A stretch of DNA of 64,000 nucleotides from the human T2T-CHM13v2.0 reference genome, Homo sapiens: NCBI RefSeq assembly GCF_009914755.1, contig NC_060937.1. One strand, written 5' to 3'. Within the stretch, counting starts at the first letter, position 1. Every line of letters begins with the position of its first letter. The notes beneath the pieces were generated by a model, which saw nothing but the letters and a program-made list of their open reading frames with translations, was not told the origin of the DNA and searched no databases. Below, in pieces: positions 1-13,545 of this stretch. Position numbers and translations under genes: made by a program.

Positions 1-419
1 TATATAGTGAAGTGTCATAGTAAACAACAATTAATAATTCCTTTCTTCTCAGAAATGTAGGGAAATGGAACAAGATTACAACCACATGGTGTAAATTGGC
101 TTGTTGATGTGCACTTGCATGGGTATGGCTGGGATATCAGAGCCTATGACAGTTGTTTTATAGTGTCACCTTAAAGCCTAATACATATTGATTCACAGAT
201 AGTAATTTTAAGTTTCTTTTCACAGTTGAGAATATGACCTTGCATATTAAAACCCTTAAATCACCTTACCTTTCCTTAGATAACCTGCCCCTTCTCCACA
301 AAACCAAGGATTCTTATCTCCTAATTCCTAGGTAACAGGAATTCTCTTCCATTGGAAATAAATACTGGTACTTATGAACAGTAAAGATTTGCATTTGTTT
401 GGGCACCTATTTTAATAAG

Positions 420-484
420 CTATTTTATGAGAAGAAGAGATGAATAATATTATAACTATTTTATAGGAAGAAGAGATGAATAAT
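420..484 (+). repeat. Short tandem duplication, 36-bp period
   Basis: ctattttat(ga/ag)gaagaagagatgaataat at 420-448 and 456-484, 27/29 identical. Confidence 0.85.
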
Positions 485-643
485 CTTTGGATGTGTGCTT
501 ACAATGTACCGGTTATTAATCTATACATATTTCTATAAACAATCTCCATTTTAATTCTCAAAATACCCTTCAAAGTAAACATTCCAATACCCAATCTCTA
601 GGTGAGTAAAGTGAGGATTAGATAATCATAACACTAGTCAACA

Positions 644-815
644 GTTATTGCGTACTTGCTATGCAATGGGCACTGTGCTAAGTGCTTTACATTTACGTCA
701 ATGCTAAGTGTACAATGAATCATTACAACTCTAGGAAGGAGGTGTCATTATTTTACCCATTTTAAAGATGCAAACACTGTGGCTTAAAAAGGTTAAGGAA
801 CTTTCCCAAGTTAAG
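644..815 (-). mobile_element. MIR SINE
   Basis: gggcactgtgctaagtgctttaca ... cccattttaaagatgcaaacactgtggcttaaaaaggttaaggaactttcccaag matches the reverse complement of the MIR core. Confidence 0.75.
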
Positions 816-1009
816 ATGTGGTGTGATGTGTTGCTGCAACAGCTTCATTCTAAAATAAATATTCCAAGAGGCCTAGAGTCTTCAGGGGAAGAAAAATTGT
901 TCTCAAGTTAGAAGTTTTCCATTATTAATAAAGTAATAAGACCAGGAAGGATTTGAAATCTTTTACTACTGCCACTGAAGAGGCTGGGGAAGTAAAGTAT
1001 AGGAAGGCT

Positions 1010-1165
1010 TCCTCTTACCAGGCACTAGGATCAATGCTTTACATGTTGTTTTAGCCACTGTTCCACTTTTGAGAAAGACAGCATGATCTCATTCTACAAA
1101 GGAAGAAGCTAGGTGTCAGAAGGTTTAAGAAAGTGGCCCAGGGTTTTACAGTTAAAAAACGGCAG
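1010..1165 (-). mobile_element. MIR SINE fragment
   Basis: ccaggcact..tgctttaca..cattctacaaaggaagaagctaggtgtcagaaggtttaagaaagtggcccagg resembles the antisense MIR core. Confidence 0.55.
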
Positions 1166-1696
1166 CCTGGACTAAGAGGCAAAGCACATCTGCAGTTGTG
1201 GTGAGATGGCGTGAATTGGGATAAGTACAGATCATGAGGATTGAAAGAACTGCCCAGAGTTTAGGGCGTTCTGAGTCTCAAACACTGTCATGGCCTTACC
1301 ATACTGTCAGACTTCCTTAAGTAGCTGTACATTCCTCTCTTGAAAACTCCAGCTGGGAACTGTTTTAGGTGGGGCAGCCCTGCTAATAACAAAATTCTTC
1401 ATCCACTCAAAGCAACCAGCATGGTGCATGTGGCCCAGTTCTGCTTCTCAGTCTCAGAATCACAGAATCTGCTGATTATTCACCTCACCTTACATCTCAG
1501 AAACTTGCCAGAGCCAAGCTGAGCTACCTTTATGTGTGATTCTGTCTTGGATCGTGCCTTACCCAGTACTCCTGACTTCTTGCACTGGATGTTACACAGT
1601 GATCCAGCTTCCTCTGACCTTCAGAAAATCCATATACAAGATATACAAACTCTCTGAATCTTCTTTTTCTGCTTAGAGGTTAAAATTATATTGCTT

Positions 1697-2006
<310 letters not shown>

Positions 2007-2959
2007 ATGGTATTGCCTACATCACTGCATAGAGATAAATTCTATACCTATGTGAAAGTACTTTGAAAAGAGTTCAAGTGCTAAATACACCTCACTCACT
2101 ATCACCAATATTCCACATCACATGGCAATACTGCTAGAAACAGGAGCAATGACAGGTATGGAATGTACCAGTTAAGTGAGGGAAAAACAGAACTAATGTT
2201 TATTGAATGGCTCAGTACTGGGGGCTTCCCATGCTCTAGGGATGTAGAGACAATCCCAATCTTCAATAAAAGTTAAGTTAATACATCATTGCAATTCAGA
2301 AAATAAGCTCTAATAGATACACACAATGGAACTAGTAACAGTTATGTACTCCCCCCGACTCCTCCCATCCCTGTAGTACCATGGCCTAGCTAGTAGTAGC
2401 CATATTCATACAGTAAAATCCCCCTATTTTTAATTGGTCCAAAGGTGGGGGCCTATTCTAAGCTGAATCAATTAGAGTTGCTCCTTTGGAACTTGGTTTC
2501 TCATTTTTTGCAGGTTGATTCATTGCAAGATCATATTTACAACACTTACTAGCTTGTCACTGCACTTGTCAGAGATCCCAACCTCTGCTCCAAGACCCCT
2601 TCCCATTGTTTGTGGCAGCACCTGGAGAAGGCTTCCATGTGATCAGGGACAGTTGTGCTCTTTTAACTGTACATAGGCTTTCTTGTAGCAGTTGTCTCCT
2701 GGAAGGTCATCCCAGGGAGGCCCTTTTCTTCTCCCGCTGCTGTCCTTGCCTCTGGAGTATGCTCCTATCAGGGTACAATGCCCGAGGGCCCCCAAGGCTG
2801 TAAATCCTCCCACATTGTACAACATACAGCATACCCTCAAGGCCTCACTGAACTCGAGAAAGCCTGAGTTCTGCTTAGATGGATAACAAATCTCCTTTTT
2901 AAAATAGAGGTTGGATATAATTTTGAAGTGTGGGGAGTTTTTTGAATACCAATTGACAT

Positions 2960-3475
2960 GTAAAAAGGCATCCACAAATTTAGTGGCTTGAAATAACAAC
3001 TATTTATCATTTCTTAATATTCTGTGGGTCAGAAATTAAGGCATGGCAAATGCCTTAATGGACAGTTCTTTTGCTCCATATGATGTTGGCTGGGATCACT
3101 TATGTGAGTTCATTCAGCTGGATGCACAGCTGGAACTGGAATATCCAAGGTGGGTCACTCATTCTCCAGGGCTTCTTTCAATGTGGCCTCCACTTATTCA
3201 CTCTTCTAGAATGGGCTTCCTCACAACATGATGGCTAGTGTCCAAGATGGAGTTTTCCAAGAGGGAGACTGCAGAAGCTGATATACTTCTTAAAGACTAG
3301 GCTTAGGAGGCCCAGAATGCCATTTTCACCATGTTCTTTTGATCAAAGCAGATCACAAGGCCAGCTAATTTCAAAGGATAGGGAAAAAGACTGCACTTCT
3401 TAATGTGAGGAGTATCTGGTATGTGCATCTAGGAAGGGAAGAATGGTTGATGGCCATATTTGGATGCTACTACTG
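2960..3475 (-). mobile_element. MaLR solo LTR (MLT1 family)
   Basis: ccacaaatttagtggcttgaaataacaac..ttctgtgggtcagaaatt..gatcacaaggccagc..ttcaaagg are typical antisense MLT1 motifs. Confidence 0.7.
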
Positions 3476-3699
3476 TAATGAACAGACGTCATGTTTACCT
3501 CTCCATCACTCTTTTCCTCCTCTCACTGCCCATGGAGGTACTAAACAAACCTTTCTATCTGCAAGTTCTCTTTTCCATGCATGTCAATACGTGCAAGAGA
3601 CAATCAGTGTATGTGTGTCTGATATAGATCTAATCAATGTAGTGATGTTAAAAACTCCCGTATTCAGCACACATGGCTAAAAATTTGATCTAAGTTTTG

Positions 3700-3900
3700 T
3701 TGTGGCAGGTACTGCCAACTAAGTATTTACATTCGTTATTCCATTAAAGTTTCTTAGATAAAATGAGAGACATATTATTGTCACCATTTTATACATAAGG
3801 ACACCGACTCAGCAAGGTAAATAATGTTTCCAAAGTCACACTGCTGATAAATAAGTGAGCTGCAACCTGACCCCTTGTCTATCTAGTGAGCCCATGCTAA
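3700..3900 (-). mobile_element. MIR SINE
   Basis: tattattgtcaccattttatacataaggacaccgactcagcaaggtaaataatgtttccaaagtcacactgct. Confidence 0.65.
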
Positions 3901-5159
3901 TGACATTACACCTCACTATCTCTCTTCAGTCTCATCGGTATAATTAAGAAAATGGTTCTTCATTCATGAAATACATGCAGATTTTTTAGAATAGAAAACA
4001 TTTTCCTTTAATGTTATTTTTAAGATAGCTCCTTTTGAATGAGTTTTGGCCATTGTGAATCTATGGCTTTACCTCTGAAACAGAAAAACATTAAAGAATA
4101 ATATAAAACTTTTATTTTATTCAAATTAATCCCCTATAGTCATTTCTATACCATGGAGTATTGAATTAATAAAATATTGATTTTTCAGAATATATCACTG
4201 TATAGACAGACTTTAGCTAAGCAGTATAAACAAAATTTCATGGTTTAACACCAACATTTATTGAGGACCTACAATATTCTTAGCATGCTGATAGGTATCA
4301 AGGGATATGAAATACATACAGGTTTTTGCCCTATAGAAGCTTTTAATCTAGTTTAAGAAAAGTTATGATCATATAAAATTAAATGAGATGGAGATTAAAA
4401 AATACGCGAGTTTACAGAAAGTCTAGATCTCTGAGTTCTGGGAGGGTCAAGAAAAGAGAGGACTGGTAGACTGGGACTTTTAGAATAGAAAGGGTCAAGA
4501 AGTGCAAATAAAGTGGTCAAGAGAAGATAGAATCCAAAACATAGCCAGAAGCTCATAGAGTAGTTTGAATAAATACTTTCAATGAAAAAAAGCAGTATGG
4601 TGGGATGTAGGGGGAGGATGTTGTTTAAATTAGCCAGTGTAGTTGGATAGTTCTCAGAACTTCAGGGACTGCTATTAACACAGCAGAGTTTTAATACAAC
4701 AAATGCAAGTAGGTGCTAAAAATTACCCCCCAGTTTAAATGTCTGGACAATCTATAGGCATTATCTATTTATCTGGACCCTCCAAATGATAACAAAGACT
4801 TGCCATCAGCTCTTTTTCTAGATTAAACAGTGGCAGACAGGTTTGTACCTTTAGGAAGAAAACATGGGAATCGGGCATGGGGTTTGGGGAAGAACATTCC
4901 ATTTTACACACTAACGTCACTCCTTACCTTAACCATTTCTGGCTCCCAGTTAGGAGAGCTTTCTGACAATGAACTGGACACCATCTTGAGGAGTTTATAC
5001 ATGGAACTCTTAGGATTTAAATTTCTGAATTGGGTGGTAGTGGTGATACATACTTTTCATATTCATATTCAGTAAATAATATGATACTACTTTTGCAAGC
5101 AATAGCATGAAGGTAATGATGTCATTTAGTAGGAACCAGCAAGAAATCAAAACCGTAGA

Positions 5160-5248
5160 AATTAGTTTCCTCATCTGTAAAATGAAATGGTTGGAAAAGG
5201 TGATCGTCAAGGTCTCTTCCTACTTTATTAAGATGCTGTGATTCTAAG
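5160..5248 (+). mobile_element. MIR/MIR3 fragment
   Basis: agtttcctcatctgtaaaatg core followed by a MIR3-type tail aaggtctcttcc..ctgtgattcta. Confidence 0.65.
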
Positions 5249-6849
5249 ATGCTATTCTGTATATAAACAAGATTATTAATTTGAACTCACAGGACTTATT
5301 TTAAAACATGTATCATAATATGGGCATATTTCAAATTTTGGCAGATTCCTGTAGTTTGTGTTATCTGATTTCACATTGTACTATTATTGTTATAGCTGAA
5401 CACTAGAATAATTTCAGTTTACCAAATGCTCTGGACTCTCATGATTTAATATGGCATATAAACATAAGATGACTGTGATTACTTTGAATGAATGAACAAA
5501 TCAGCACTCATATTCTTAATCAGAATATAGACTTCACAAAATTATTCTGACATCTTACTCCACCCTGATGCTGTAGACATTCCGAATTAATAACTGCAAT
5601 AAACATGTTCAATCCGTTATATGGGTCAGTTACAAATGTAATGAATGTATTGTAAAACACATTTTAATGTGAAGACCTCAGTTCTCATGTGATCTGTATT
5701 CTCTTCCTCCTATTTCCTGAAGTGAAGATTTTAAATCTACTACCTAATACATATAATCATAAAATGTAGAAATGAATTAAATAAATTGACCTCCATCTAA
5801 TTTTGTGTATCTCCATGGCAGTTCCATTTTTTAAATTTCATTTTTTCATGACAATAAGTAAAACACATTCAGAAACTAATAAATATGATAAAATAATTTC
5901 TGAACTTTTATAGAAGAAAACTAAACATTGCTGACCAAATACTTAATGCCTTTTGCAATCTACTCCCAAGATGTGCTTTAAACTTCTATTTATATAACTC
6001 CTCCATATTCCATATGTATGTTTCTTGTGTATCACTTGGAATTACACGCCTTCATGATGTTTGTTCCCGCCTCTCTAAATTAATTCTGTCTTTTTGTCTC
6101 CATTTTTCTTTACTTATGCTTCTACGATCGTACCTACTATTGTTTGGCACATTAGACTTAATTCTGTGACCTGCGTTTGATCCAGCCATGTGGACTATCA
6201 CAATCAATATTTTCCAGACTCTGCTCCAGACAATGAGTATAGCATCTCCATCATCCCTCGAACTACCACTATTTTGGGGAGCTCCTAAGAGATGTCTCAT
6301 GTGAGATTATGGATATAATTTTTTTTTCAGTTTTTTCACTATACTTTTTTATTTTTATGACATGCTATAAATCGCTTCCAGTGTAATTCTATCTAGAATT
6401 TAAAAGGTTATTTAATTATTTCCATGTTTAAAATTTAAATTTTTGACTACCTGTAGACTACAACCACATTCCTTAGTATGGTATTCCATGACCTGGCCTC
6501 TTTTTAATTTTCTAATTTTACCTCTGAACATTCTGCACCTTGAAATTTATGCTCTAGAAATATCTACTATCAGCTTGTTCTCTCACATAGCATATGCTTC
6601 TATCATATGTGTCATTATTTATGTTGCTTCAAGCGCATAAATACATAAATAATGACACATTACATAATGTATTATGTGTCATTATTTATGTGCTTGAAAT
6701 GTCTTTCCTACTCTTCTTTAACTGGTTCATCTCCTCCTCATCCATTGGAATTCAGCATACAGATAATGTCTTACAAAACATCTTGTCTTAAACCCCTAAA
6801 TGATCTCTAGGCCTTGCCCATGTACTACAAACTTAAAACAACAATAATA

Positions 6850-7045
6850 ATAGCAGTAGTGAGCACTTGTTAAACATTTAGTTCTAGGTATGGTTCTACA
6901 TTCTATACTTGGGTTATTTCTTCTAATTCTGTCAACAGCCACATCCGGTAGATACAACTATTATTCTCATTTTACAAAGGAGACAGAGAGAGCTCACATT
7001 ACTTTTCTAAGTCTCATAGCTAATAAGTGGAAGAACCCATTGCAG
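6850..7045 (-). mobile_element. MIR SINE
   Basis: ctattattctcattttacaaaggagacagagag..ctcatagctaataagtgg. Confidence 0.55.
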
Positions 7046-7809
7046 CCTGCTTTCATTTTACAATGGCACTAATCACTTTGTAATGAAGTGGTCAGTATAT
7101 GAGTTTGTCCTCTGTGCCACACTCTTCTTCTTCGACTGGATTCTAACCAGCACACTGGTTAGAAATATAATATTAGAATTTAGAAAAAAAGCTCCAGACA
7201 GTGGACTTAAACTCAAGAATTGTATATTGCAGTTGATGATTAAAGCTAAGTGTCTGTTGACATCACTAAATATAATTTTTAGAGTAAACAGATAAAAGAA
7301 TTGCAGATGGCATCTTGGAGAAAAACAAATTTAAGGGGCAGTCAGAAGAACAGAAACCAATCAGAGAAAAGAAGAAAGAATTTACACAGAGGTAAGAATG
7401 AGGAGAAATGTCACAAGTCCCAGGGAGGACAATTAAAATAAAACAAAAATAATCAGCACAGTAAAAAGTTGCAGAAGTATCAGCAATATGAGAACTAAAT
7501 AAAATGATTGGATGGAAGAAAGAGACTACAATGAGTGGTGGGATAAATGGAACCAAAGAGTGGAAGCAGAAAATGCAGCATGCATGTTCATGAATTTTGG
7601 CAGAGAATGAAATTTGAGAAGTGAGTAGGAGGAAGAGTTAGGGTTGAAGGAAGGAGTGGGTAGTTAAGTATGTTTGTCAGTGGACTGGGATGAGAAAGTC
7701 AAGGAAAGATTAGAGAGGTAAAAGAGAGAAGGGATATTAATGGATCAAAGACCTAAGAAAAGCACGGTTGAAGAACCATCCCCCTTACAAAAAGAATTAA
7801 GAAACTGTG

Positions 7810-8222
7810 AGTTCATTTATTTCATTTAACAGCCCTCCCATGGGCCAGGAACTGGGGATACAGCCGTGGTCAAAAGAAACAAAATCCCTTGTCTTTGTAA
7901 ATCGTACATTCTGTTGTAGATTCTAGTAGGAAGAAAACACTGAAACATACAAAGTAAAACATATGAAAACATGCAAAATAAAATAACATACAAAATAAAT
8001 AATGTATTATATGATTATTTCTCATGCTATAAGGAAAAGTAAAGAAGTCAAGGAGGGAGAAAATATAGGGGTGAGAACTATAATTTTTAAAAGAGTGGTA
8101 GAGTAGCCTCCATAAGAAAGTGTCATTTAAGAAAAGTCTAGGAAGATGGTTGTATGGCTTCCTAGAGCACACCAGACAGTGCAAATACCAAGTTCAAAGG
8201 TCCTGTCGTCAGTGTGCCTTGG
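7810..8222 (-). mobile_element. LINE-2 3' fragment
   Basis: ttcatttatttcatttaac..gccaggaactggggatacagc..aagttcaaaggtcctg..gtgtgccttg resembles the antisense L2 3' end. Confidence 0.65.
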
Positions 8223-8624
8223 GGGACTTACCTGCCTCATTCTATGTCTCTTGGACCTGAGAAGCCTTTTTTTTTTTTTTTAATCAATTGAGATAGAATT
8301 CCAAAGTTTATTGTTACATAACAATACATACAAATGATATACATAATACTATACCATTTGTGTAAAAAATGTAAACTGCAAAGTACTACTGTATATCTTT
8401 TTTTAATTTTATTTTATTATTATTATACTTTAAGTTTTAGGGTACATGTGCACAATGTGCAGGTTAGTTACATATGTATACATGTGCCGTGCTGGTGAGC
8501 TGCACCCATTAACTCGTCATTTAGCATAAGGTATATCTCCTAATGCTATCCCTCCCCCCTACCCCCTCCACAACAGTCCTCAGAGTGTGGTGTTCCCCTT
8601 CCTGTGTCCATGTGTTCTCATTGT

Positions 8625-10625
<2,001 letters not shown>

Positions 10626-11539
10626 GAGAAGCCTTTTATAAGCCAATGTGTTATACCAGGTTGTCAGCTGACTTGAAGGTGGACTTTTTGTATACAAATG
10701 ACTCTTAAGCTTTCCTAGTCTGTACTTTGCTAAGTCTCCGGAACTGAACCATTGCCTCCCAAAAAGGGCAGGATCCAAGCAAGTCTGAAGCCCTCCTCAG
10801 CTCAGGGCCTTGGCAGAACAGCCAAAGGGAAGTGGGAAGTGGTTGATGTGTTTTCTGAGGTCCAAATATCTAACAAGAGGACTTACCCTTGTTCCTGATT
10901 CCCAGTTCGTTCAAGGCAAAAAGGAATAAAAAAAAAGAAAATTGTGAAGTGTGTCCTGGGTAGGATTTAAGGTTTGGGAATATTTTCTAAAAAAGAGGAC
11001 ACTTTGCTACTTTGCTAATTGTAAGGTGATAGTGCAGAAGGCTAAAGCCTGGAGCCTGCTGATCATGATACAAGGGTTGCACAGATGCAGTGGCATTTTC
11101 TTGAAATTGTCCCTAATTCTGTTTTAGGAATCTTCAGTACAAGGTTATTCTATGTGCAGAGCCAGGTGCCACTGGGTACTATAGTCCAGACAGTTATCCT
11201 ACAAACTGCATTGAAGAAAAGAGGCCATTATTTGTCCTGTCTCAAGGCAAATCAAAGATGATCCTTCATCCAAGGACTGACCCCTTTTCAAAGAAGAGGT
11301 TCCAGAATCTGTCTGATGTATTTTCTCTTTTGGACAACTATACTTGAGCAGGCTCTGGATGTGGACTCTGGAAACAGCTTGCTGACTGAAATTGAACCAG
11401 AATACAAGCCCCCAAGAAAAATACTGCTTTCTCTTGCAATTTAAGGCCTCTCAAAAGGAATCTGCCCTCAGACACCTAGGATGCAGGGAAAAAATGGATC
11501 AGAAGAAAATTTTGTTTTACAAAATAAGGTTTTCCCATA

Positions 11540-11628
11540 TCAACAGATAAATGGATAAAGAATATGTGGTCCATATACACAATGGACACAGTCATTAAAA
11601 AAAAGAATGAGATCCTGTCATTTGCAGT
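11540..11628 (+). mobile_element. Short sense L1 ORF2 3' fragment (L1PB/L1MA type)
   Basis: caacagataaatggataaagaatatgtggtccatatacacaatgga..aaagaatgagatcctgtcatttgca. Confidence 0.75.
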
Positions 11629-12070
11629 CACTCTCCATTATCTTTATGCCTTCTCCCCACAACATTCTTCTTTATACCCTGGCAACTAGAAATCTACTTT
11701 CTGTTTCCACAGATTTGCCTATTCTGAAATTTCATATAAATGGTATCATGCCATATATGGACCTTTGTGACTGGCTTCTTTCAGTTACTATAATATTTAC
11801 AAGGTGCATCCTTGTAGTATATGTCAGTACTTCATTGTCAGATGAAATTTCATCATATGCATATACCATATTTTGCTTATTAATTGCCCTGTTTGTTGAT
11901 GGACATTTGGGTTGTCTATTTGGCTCTTATAAATAATGCCTGTATGAATATTTGTGTATGTACATGTTTTCATTTCTCTTGGATAGATATCTAGGAATGT
12001 AATTGCTGGGTGATATAATAAATCTATGTTTAACATTTTGAGGAACTTACAAACTGTTTCCCAAAGTTCT
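11620..12070 (-). mobile_element. Older L1M (L1MB-like) 3' fragment
   Basis: cctggcaact..aatctactttctgtttccacagatttgcctattctgaaatttcatataaatgg..tgttgatggacatttgggttgt..tttgaggaacttacaaactgtttccc. Confidence 0.8.
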
Positions 12071-12079
12071 GCCTCATTC

Positions 12080-13200
12080 TTTATCTTTCCTCTCCTTCTG
12101 AAACTAAGCAGATGCAAGACCTTACTCTGTCTTCCATGACTCTTCGCTCTTTTTCTCATTTTCCATATCTTTAGCTCTCTTTAATGACTTTAGGGTAATT
12201 CCTTCTGGTCTATCACCCAGTTCTCTTATTCTTTCTTTAATGGTGTCTAATTTGATGCCATCTATTGAACTTCTAAGTCAAATTACAATTTTTTCAACTT
12301 CTTATATTCCATTCATATGTTTTTAAAATTGCCTTAGTATTTTTGATAATCTCTTCATGTTTCCATTTCACTTCTTAATTTTGAAACATGTTGTTTGCTT
12401 ATTTTGTGTTTTGAATCTGATTATTTTAATATTGACATATTTTTCCAGATCTGATTCAGTGGTTTCTTGCCTTGTTGACTTACTGATAGTGATTTGTTTC
12501 TTAAAATGTTCTGTGATTTTTATATTGGTATCATATTCCTTGGAATTTTACCATGAGAATTCTTTAAGCCCTATATTTGAAGTTTAGTTCCCTGAAGAGA
12601 ATTTGTGTTTGCTTCTTCTCGATGCTTACCATTTTAAGCTTAGTTTTCTTCTAGAGAGTTCTCATACATGTAGTGTAAATTTTTTGCTACAAACCTCACA
12701 ACATGTGTATTTCTTTAGTTCTGGGAAGTTCTTGGCCATTATTGACTTAAATATTTCCTTTTCCTTCTTTACTTTCTGTCCTCTGAAATTTTAAGGTTTG
12801 GACCTTTCAGTAATCTCTTACATGTATTTTTATTTTTCTTTAATATTTCACCTTCCATTGTTTTTGTCTCATGACTTCATTTAAAGTTGAAATATTTTAT
12901 TATTTATTGAATATTATTTCAGTAATTTTATATTATACATTTATAGATATACATGTATATTCCTATTTTTTCATGATTAATTCATCTTGTTTTATGAAAA
13001 TGATTTACTTCTCTATCTCTCTGACTATATGAAGCATACTTCTCTGAAGTTTCTTCTAATTGTTCTATTAATACCCTGCTGTGTATGTTAATTCTTTCAT
13101 TTTGGGGGATTTTTATCACTCTCTCACAGTGTTGGCCTTCCTGAAAGGTTAACTGATACTTTATTACACTGTCACCTTTTGTGATAAATATCTCTTTTAA
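12080..13200 (-). mobile_element. Highly diverged ancient L1M fragments
   Basis: T-rich antisense L1-like text such as agttctgggaagttcttggccattatt and ccatctattgaacttctaa. Confidence 0.45.
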
Positions 13201-13545
13201 ACTTCTCAGATTTTGTTATATGCCTGTTTGGGGAAGGCCTTTGCCTATGGTTATACTCTTTCATTGCTAGTTCTTCATAGCTGCTTTCCTTTTTTAGGTA
13301 CATATTAATCTGTTAACTCTTAAGCAAGCGTTCCCCTTATTGTTTTCAAATATATCTGTGTATGTATTAGTTCACTTTTCAATATATGTCTTATGACTTG
13401 TTGGATAATAGACTAAATTTACCGTATTTTCAACATACCATCTAAAACCAAATGTTTCAACAGGTGTTGAAGTTTGGTAGAAAGTGACTTTTCATTAGGA
13501 ATTGTTAGAATTTAATTTTTAAGAGTCTCAAATATTGACAATTCT

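Noticed and set aside
8226-8234. Perfect minus-strand splice donor CAG|GTAAGT beside the L1 TSD
   Set aside because: It is a single 9-mer with no identifiable acceptor or ORF, and such matches occur by chance.
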